From Acidilobaceae archaeon (GTDB lineage: Archaea > Thermoproteota > Thermoprotei_A > Sulfolobales > Acidilobaceae), in the NCBI GenBank assembly GCA_038897215.1, contig JAWAWX010000001.1:128001-192000 (forward strand): 64,000 bases of DNA, read 5' to 3'. Position numbers and translations under genes: made by a program. The notes below the pieces were generated by a model. That model ran no database searches. It was not told where the DNA came from and saw only the letters and a list, made by a program, of their open reading frames with translations. This document shows, in pieces, positions 58,078-64,000 of the stretch; within the stretch, counting starts at the first letter, position 1, and the number at the start of each line of letters is the position of its first letter.

Positions 58078-60711
58078 TTGAGGACTCTAGTCAGGCTGAT
58101 GGACACGCCGTGGGGGAGAGCTAGGCTCGTCGACTTGAAGAGCGTAGACTGGCTTCAGAGAGCTCCCTACACCGTGAGAGTCCTGGCCGAGAACATCGTT
58201 AGAAGCCTCGGAGAAGACGGGGGCGAGCGAGCTCTAGAAGCTCTGAGAGACTGGAGGAGGGGGTCTCGGGCAGAGATCCCCTTCTACCCGGCCAGGGTAG
58301 TCTCCCAGGACCTCACGGGCGTGGCTCTAGCTCTAGACCTCGCTCTCCTGAGAGAAGCGGTGGCGGCGAGAGGCCTAGACCCGGGGCTCGTGGACCCGTC
58401 CGTCAGAGTAGACCTGATCGTAGACCACAGCCTCCAAGTAGACAGATACGGCTCTAGGGGGGCTCTGCGAGAAAACATGAGGCTCGAGGCGCTGAGGAAT
58501 AGAGATAAGTTCAGGCTCCTGAAGTGGGCTCAGAGAGCGTTCAAGAACTTCAATGTGCTCCCCCCGGGCTCCGGCATAATACACCAGGTTAACGTGGAGC
58601 ATCTGGCTGAAGTCGTGCGCGCCGAGGACTATAGAGGAGAGCTCTGGGTCTTCCCGGACACGGTCATAGGGACGGATAGCCACACCACCATGGTCAACGC
58701 TCTAGGAGTCCTAGGCTGGGGGGTCGGGGGTCTCGAAGCGGAGGCAGTCATGCTCGGCGAGCCCTACTACATCTCTGTGCCCAGAGTCGTCGGCGTGAGG
58801 GTCTACGGAGAGCTGAGGGAAGGAGTCACGAGCACAGACCTGGCTCTCTACGTGACGGAGCTCTTGAGGAAGAAGGGTGTCGTCGAGGCCTTCGTCGAGT
58901 TCTACGGGGAGGCTCTCGGAGAGCTCCCAGTGTGGGCCAGGCTCCCCGTGGCCAACATGGCTCCAGAGTACGGGGCCACGACTGGGTTCTTCCCGATAGA
59001 CGAGAGGACGCTAGAGTACCTCTACGCTACCGGGAGGGAGGAGGCTAGAGTCAAGCTCGTAGAGGCCTACGCTAAGGCAGCCGGCCTCTGGCACGAGCCG
59101 GGCAACGAGCCAGAGTACAGCGAGGTAGTAGACCTCGACTTGAGCGACGTAGAGCCCTCCATAGCGGGCCCCCGAAACCCCTTCGAGAGAATCCCGCTGA
59201 GAGAAGCCAAGGCTAGAGTAGCGGCTAGCCTGCCTCAGAAGCGGTCCAGGCTAGAGGTAGAGTCGCGCGGAGCCAGGTACGTGGTGGAAGACGGCTATAT
59301 CGCCATAGCCGCTATAGCTAGCTGCACTAACACCGGGAGCCTAGACCTCCTCGTAGCAGCAGGACTCTTAGCCAAGAGAGCAGTAGAGAGAGGGCTTCAG
59401 GTCAAGCCTTGGGTCAAGACGAGCTTCACGCCAGGCAGCAGGCTAGTGGCTAGAGCTCTCGACGAACTCGGCTTAACCCCGTATCTTGAAGCACTGAGAT
59501 TCCACGTGGTGGGCTACGCTTGCGCTACCTGCATAGGCAACAGCGGCCCCCTAGCCCCGCCAGCCGAGGAGGCGGCTAGGAGAGGAGTCCACCTGGTCGC
59601 GGTCATAAGCGGGAACAGAAACTTCTCCGGCAGAATCCACCCGCTCGTCGGGAGCGTCTACTTGGCCAGCCCCCCTCTGGTGGTCGCCTACGCTATAGCG
59701 GGCCGCGTGGACATAGACCTAGAGCGGGAGCCCCTAGACCTAGACCCGGGCGGCGACCCGGTATACCTCAGAGACCTGTGGCCGCCGAGAGAGGAGGTGG
59801 AGAGAGAGCTCAGAAAGCTCAACATTAGGAGGCTGGCAGTAGAGGTCTACTCCTCTCTAGAGGAGCCCCCCGAGTGGGCCGAGATCGATGCCCCCGAGTC
59901 TCCGCTCTACGACTGGAAGCCCAGCGCTCAGGTAGTCAAGCCCCCGCTCCTCGGAGCCGGAGAGGAGCCGGAGCTCGAGGACATAAGGGGGGCTAGGATC
60001 CTGGTGCTCGCTCCGGACAACACGACCACCGACCACATAAGCCCAGCTGGGCCCATAAGGAGAGACTCTCAAGCAGGCAGATACCTCTCGGAGCTCGGAG
60101 TAGACCCGGAGAGAGAGGGGCTCACCTACGGCTCCATGAGGGGGAACCACGAGGTGATGGTCAGAGGGGCCTTCGACAACCCCGGCTTCAGGAACCTAGC
60201 AGCTAGCAGGAGCGGGGCCTGGGCTAGAGTGTGGCCGGAGGGAGGCGAGGTCTCGGTGTTCGAGGCGAGCAGAGTCTACGCCTCCAGAAAGACCCCTCTC
60301 GTCATAGTGGCTGGCAGGAACTACGGCATGGGCAGCAGTAGAGACTGGGCTGCGAGAGCCCCAAGGCTGCTGGGAGTCAGAGCAGTGATAGCGGAGAGCT
60401 TCGAGAGGATACACAGGAGGAACCTCATAGCCGTAGGCATACTGCCCCTCGAGGTCGAGGATAGGCTAATCGAGAAGCTCAGAGGAGACGAGGAGGTAGA
60501 CGTGATAGGCTTGAGAGACATAGCTCCAGGCTCTGAGGTCAGGCTCGTGTTCAGGAGGGGCGACGGCTCAGCGGTAGAGGCTAGAGCCAGAGTCAGGCTT
60601 GAGAACTGGGCAGAGCTCGAGTACTACAAGAGCGGGGGAGTACTGGGCTACGTCCTCAGGAAGATTCTCGAGAAGAGTCGTGGAGCGTCGCTGAGAGAAC
60701 CCTCGGCCTGA
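58078..60711 (+). CDS. acnA: Aconitate hydratase A
   Basis: QDLTG, DHSLQVD, GIIHQVN, GTDSHT, SCTNT, CATCIGNSG, TDHISPAG and GSSRDWAA. Confidence 0.94.
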   Translation: MRTLVRLMDTPWGRARLVDLKSVDWLQRAPYTVRVLAENIVRSLGEDGGERALEALRDWRRGSRAEIPFYPARVVSQDLTGVALALDLALLREAVAARGLDPGLVDPSVRVDLIVDHSLQVDRYGSRGALRENMRLEALRNRDKFRLLKWAQRAFKNFNVLPPGSGIIHQVNVEHLAEVVRAEDYRGELWVFPDTVIGTDSHTTMVNALGVLGWGVGGLEAEAVMLGEPYYISVPRVVGVRVYGELREGVTSTDLALYVTELLRKKGVVEAFVEFYGEALGELPVWARLPVANMAPEYGATTGFFPIDERTLEYLYATGREEARVKLVEAYAKAAGLWHEPGNEPEYSEVVDLDLSDVEPSIAGPRNPFERIPLREAKARVAASLPQKRSRLEVESRGARYVVEDGYIAIAAIASCTNTGSLDLLVAAGLLAKRAVERGLQVKPWVKTSFTPGSRLVARALDELGLTPYLEALRFHVVGYACATCIGNSGPLAPPAEEAARRGVHLVAVISGNRNFSGRIHPLVGSVYLASPPLVVAYAIAGRVDIDLEREPLDLDPGGDPVYLRDLWPPREEVERELRKLNIRRLAVEVYSSLEEPPEWAEIDAPESPLYDWKPSAQVVKPPLLGAGEEPELEDIRGARILVLAPDNTTTDHISPAGPIRRDSQAGRYLSELGVDPEREGLTYGSMRGNHEVMVRGAFDNPGFRNLAASRSGAWARVWPEGGEVSVFEASRVYASRKTPLVIVAGRNYGMGSSRDWAARAPRLLGVRAVIAESFERIHRRNLIAVGILPLEVEDRLIEKLRGDEEVDVIGLRDIAPGSEVRLVFRRGDGSAVEARARVRLENWAELEYYKSGGVLGYVLRKILEKSRGASLREPSA

Positions 60712-61972
60712 GGGTCTTGCTCGGCTCCTCCGGTATCAAGCCCTGAGGTCTCAGGTAGAGGACTAGGAGGACGAGGACCCCGGTGACTATGTGGGGCATT
60801 ATGGCCTGAACCTCTGTGACAGCATGGCTCTCCAGCGAGACGCCCATAGCGGAGGCAGCGGCTTCGAGGACCTCGGGGGTTAGGAGGCTCGAGAGCCTCC
60901 TGAGGAGGTAGACTAGGAGAGCTCCCACTATCACACCCCTGTTGTTAGCCATGCCCCCGAGTATCATCATAGTCCACGGTAGGAAAGTCCAGTTCATTCT
61001 ATCGAAGCTAGTGGGTATGACGCTAAGCATGTAGAGAGTGTAGATAGCTCCCGCTAGGCTGGCTATAACGCAGCCGAGTATGAGGACTCTCATCTTGACA
61101 GCGCCCACGTCTCTCCCGAAGATGCCTGCTACCACCTCATCGTCTCTTATGCCTCTCAGTAGCCTCCCCAGCGGGCTATTAGACACCTTGACTGAGTACG
61201 CGTAGACAGCGATGAGGACAGCTAGTAGGAGGGCTGTGGTTACTATGAACGAGGGCGAGCCTACCCGCAGAGTATCGTTTAGAGAGCTCAGTAACCCGCT
61301 ATGAGGGATGACTTGGGGAGCGCTGACCCCGTAGGCTCCACCGCCTAGAAGCTCTAGGTTGTGGAAGATCACTGTCACCATCAACTCGGCCAAGACTAGA
61401 GAGAATATCGCTAGATAGTCTCCTCTAAGCCTTAGAGCCACGAGCCCCAAGACGAACGCAAAGAGTAGCGATAGGAGCACGCTCGAGAACAGCCCTAGAG
61501 ACAGGTATAGGAGCCAGAGGAAGAAGCTAGAGCTAGCGTGGCTCCCGATGATGTCCGAGACTCTAGCGCTCAGAGTCCTGTAGGTGGCTTGGACTAAGAC
61601 CTCCTGGAGGCTCCCCGCGTACCTAGCTATTATCTCGTCTGAGAGGAGGCTCTCTCTCAGACTGCTGTCAGCGAGCCCCACGATAGCTATGTAGAGCCTC
61701 ATAGCCATAGCGCTCATACCGAAAGCTCCTATGTAGACGAAGAGATGCAAGCCGAAGTGCGGTATCCCGGTATACCCGGCTACTAGGTTTAGAGATAGCA
61801 CTATGACAGCTAGAGCTAGTATCGACACGAGGTCAGCCTCGATGAGAAAGCCTACTCCTGTGAGCTTCCACACAGCTATCAGCACTACGGGAGTGGCGAC
61901 TACCAGAGCTAGAGCTAGAGCGTCTAAAGCCACGTCTCTACGCTCTCTAACCAGGCTTCTCACTAGCCCCAC
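60656..61972 (-). CDS. livM: Branched-chain amino acid ABC permease (LivM-like)
   Basis: LNLVAGYTG, LRLRGDYLAI, SPLGRLLRGIRDDE and RPQGL. Confidence 0.9.
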   Translation of the reverse strand: MGLVRSLVRERRDVALDALALALVVATPVVLIAVWKLTGVGFLIEADLVSILALAVIVLSLNLVAGYTGIPHFGLHLFVYIGAFGMSAMAMRLYIAIVGLADSSLRESLLSDEIIARYAGSLQEVLVQATYRTLSARVSDIIGSHASSSFFLWLLYLSLGLFSSVLLSLLFAFVLGLVALRLRGDYLAIFSLVLAELMVTVIFHNLELLGGGAYGVSAPQVIPHSGLLSSLNDTLRVGSPSFIVTTALLLAVLIAVYAYSVKVSNSPLGRLLRGIRDDEVVAGIFGRDVGAVKMRVLILGCVIASLAGAIYTLYMLSVIPTSFDRMNWTFLPWTMMILGGMANNRGVIVGALLVYLLRRLSSLLTPEVLEAAASAMGVSLESHAVTEVQAIMPHIVTGVLVLLVLYLRPQGLIPEEPSKTLRPRVLSATLHDSSRESS

Positions 61973-62993
61973 CTCTACTGAAGCCCAGTACTCTCTCCCA
62001 GTCGATCGATGCTAACCCTCGGGGAGCGGCTAGCAGGACGACCATGATGGCGGTGAAGCTGAATATTCCCTTTAGCGCGTGTAGCTGAAGATTCAGTCCC
62101 GTCGTGAGTAGCACGAAGTTGTTTAGAGTCGTCGCTAGAATGCTCTCAGAGAACCCTATTATGAAGCCTCCGAGCATAGACAAGTATATAGATGTCATCC
62201 CTCCCAGCACGCTACCAGCGAATATAGATATCAGGAAGAGGTACTGCGTCCTAGTCGGGTTGATCCCACCGTAGTGGCTCGATAGCTGGAACCCCACGAG
62301 GCTCCCTATGACTCCTGAGAGGAACCCGGCTAGGAGCCAGGCAGTAACGTAGGCTCTATCCACGTCTATCCCGAGTACTCGAGCTAAGCTCGGGTTCTCT
62401 ATGGATGCTCTCAAAGCCACGCCCAGCATGGTCTTGTAGAGCAGGTAGTGCATCGCCACAGCTAGGATGACAGCGACAGGCAGTACTAGCAGGTCGCTCA
62501 GATACATGTATCCCAGCGGGGTCTCTAGCAGGACGTCGTAGGACCTGAGACCGATATCGATTATCTTCCGCACGTTCACAGCCGGCACTAGAGCCACGAC
62601 TATAGCTAGCGTCCCGGCTAAGACTATGTCGAAAGCTAGAGTGGATATCATCACCCCCACGTCTCCTATCCCTCTAGCTCTGAGAGGCTTGATGACGAGC
62701 AGGTACTCTGCTAGAGCGAGCAGAGCTACGAGGAGCCCGGCTATCGGGGGGACGGCTAGGTATAGTAGCACGTAGAGCGGGCCGCCTATATGCTCGTAGA
62801 ACACTCTGTCTATAGCGTAGACTGTGACCAGAGTCCCGCATATCACGAGAGTCCCTTGAGCGAAGTTCGGGACTTTGACGACCAGGTATACGAGAGTCAT
62901 CATCGCCGAGAGTAGCGCTAGACTCGAGGCGAAAGCCAGTCCTGCTATGATGTACTGGGGGCTCGGGGTAGCTAGTAGGAGCGTGTCGATCAA
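61947..62993 (-). CDS. livH: Branched-chain amino acid ABC permease (LivH-like)
   Basis: VPNFAQG, GVALRASIENPSLARVLGID and PRGL. Confidence 0.9.
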   Translation of the reverse strand: MIDTLLLATPSPQYIIAGLAFASSLALLSAMMTLVYLVVKVPNFAQGTLVICGTLVTVYAIDRVFYEHIGGPLYVLLYLAVPPIAGLLVALLALAEYLLVIKPLRARGIGDVGVMISTLAFDIVLAGTLAIVVALVPAVNVRKIIDIGLRSYDVLLETPLGYMYLSDLLVLPVAVILAVAMHYLLYKTMLGVALRASIENPSLARVLGIDVDRAYVTAWLLAGFLSGVIGSLVGFQLSSHYGGINPTRTQYLFLISIFAGSVLGGMTSIYLSMLGGFIIGFSESILATTLNNFVLLTTGLNLQLHALKGIFSFTAIMVVLLAAPRGLASIDWERVLGFSRGGASEKPG

Positions 62994-63706
62994 GGCGATA
63001 ACCCCACGTACTTAGAGCCCAGCTCGGGGTCTCTCGCCAGGGTTACAGCGTCGCCGAAGTACGCTACCCTACCGCTGACTAGTAGTAGAGCCGTGTCGGC
63101 TATGCTTAGAGCTAGCCTAGCGTTCTGCTCTACTAGTAGCACTGTCTTGCCGAACTCGTCTCTAAGCCTCGATATATGCGAGGCCATCCACTTAGCTATA
63201 GAGGGCGCTACCCCCGCTGTCGGCTCGTCGAGCATTATGAGCTTAGGCTCTCTGATCAGCACCATAGCCAGCCCGAGCATCTGCCTCTCTCCGCCACTAA
63301 GGCTACTTGCTTTCTGCTCCATCCTCTTCTTGAGGAAGGGGAAGAACTCGAGTACTCTTTCAATCCTCTCCCGCGCCTCCTCTTCTCTCAGCCCGTACGC
63401 GGCTATCTTCAGATTCTCCTCTACGCTTAGATTGAGAAACACGTTGTCTGTCTGAGGCAAGTAGGCTAGCCCTAGTCTCGCCTTCTCGTGGGGAGGCACT
63501 CTAGTCACGTCTATTTCCTCAAACACGACTCTCCCGGAGTAGACGCTAGCCAGCCCGAATATCGCCTTCAGCAACGTGCTCTTACCGCTACCATTAGGGC
63601 CCACTATGGCGACTATCTCTCCCCTCTTGGCGCCGAACGAAATATCGAATAGTATCTGTAGCTTCCCATAGCCAGCGCTCAGAGACTCGACCCGTAGACT
63701 CATCAA
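62990..63706 (-). CDS. livF: Branched-chain amino acid ABC ATPase (LivF-like)
   Basis: GPNGSGKST, LSGGERQML, LDEPTAG and VEQNA. Confidence 0.92.
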   Translation of the reverse strand: MMSLRVESLSAGYGKLQILFDISFGAKRGEIVAIVGPNGSGKSTLLKAIFGLASVYSGRVVFEEIDVTRVPPHEKARLGLAYLPQTDNVFLNLSVEENLKIAAYGLREEEARERIERVLEFFPFLKKRMEQKASSLSGGERQMLGLAMVLIREPKLIMLDEPTAGVAPSIAKWMASHISRLRDEFGKTVLLVEQNARLALSIADTALLLVSGRVAYFGDAVTLARDPELGSKYVGLSP

Positions 63707-64000
63707 GCCTCACCCAGATAGCTTGCTACAACCTTCGGGTCTTCTAGCACCTCGCGCGGGCTACCCTCAGATATCACCTCGCCCAGGTGTAGAGCGTAGG
63801 CGTAGTCAGCGTGCTCAGCCGCGATGTCTAGCCTGTGCTCTACTATCAGGAACGTGAGCCCTCTCTCCTGAGAGAGGCTCTTGAGAGTCCTGAATATCTC
63901 TCTGGCTAGGACGGGGTTGACTCCGGCTGTGGGCTCGTCTAGAAGGACTAGCTTAGCGTTCTCTGCGACCATTATTCTAGCCAAGTCGAGGAGCTTCATC
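63703..64000 (-). CDS. livG: Branched-chain amino acid ABC ATPase (LivG-like), 5' end outside window
   Basis: LLDEPTAGVNP, IVEH and DPKVVASYLG. Confidence 0.88.
   Translation of the reverse strand, partial: MKLLDLARIMVAENAKLVLLDEPTAGVNPVLAREIFRTLKSLSQERGLTFLIVEHRLDIAAEHADYAYALHLGEVISEGSPREVLEDPKVVASYLGEA

Overview
Gene-dense 64 kb segment of a (hyper)thermophilic crenarchaeal chromosome. The lineage looks Desulfurococcales/Acidilobales-like (inference from Topo VI, A-type ATPase, a BHB-intron tRNA, frequent TTG starts and CTA/AGA-rich codon usage with very abundant CTAG). Mostly housekeeping: a glycogen cluster (GH57 hydrolase missed by the ORF track, glgA, glgP), a tungsten-type AOR-family oxidoreductase with Fe-S partner, orphan pstB-phoU, pyrH, atpB-atpD, thrC, malic enzyme with a two-subunit Fe-S hydro-lyase, thiL, sufBC, top6BA, three tandem CBS genes with a GPN GTPase, serS, ubiD-like, deoC, acnA and a liv operon. 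There are five tRNAs (Gly-CCC, Val-GAC, Ser-GCT, Glu-TTC, intron-containing Cys-GCA). No CRISPR array, rRNA, transposase or integrase was seen. Best leads: (1) a Tfx regulator plus a strongly degenerate Mod-like ABC transporter, wedged between the 3' ends of two convergent tRNAs, with a candidate operator; (2) three unannotated C/D-box guide sRNA candidates; (3) a decaying defence islet with an HsdR_N-Mrr_N fusion and a frameshifted DUF3883 remnant, bracketed by inverted DUF996 paralogues that may both start at CTG; (4) a miniature ESCRT-III/CdvB-like gene; (5) a membrane-anchored subtilase on a coiled-coil stalk. I cannot establish a wholly new system from sequence alone. All family calls come from motif recognition, not database searches.
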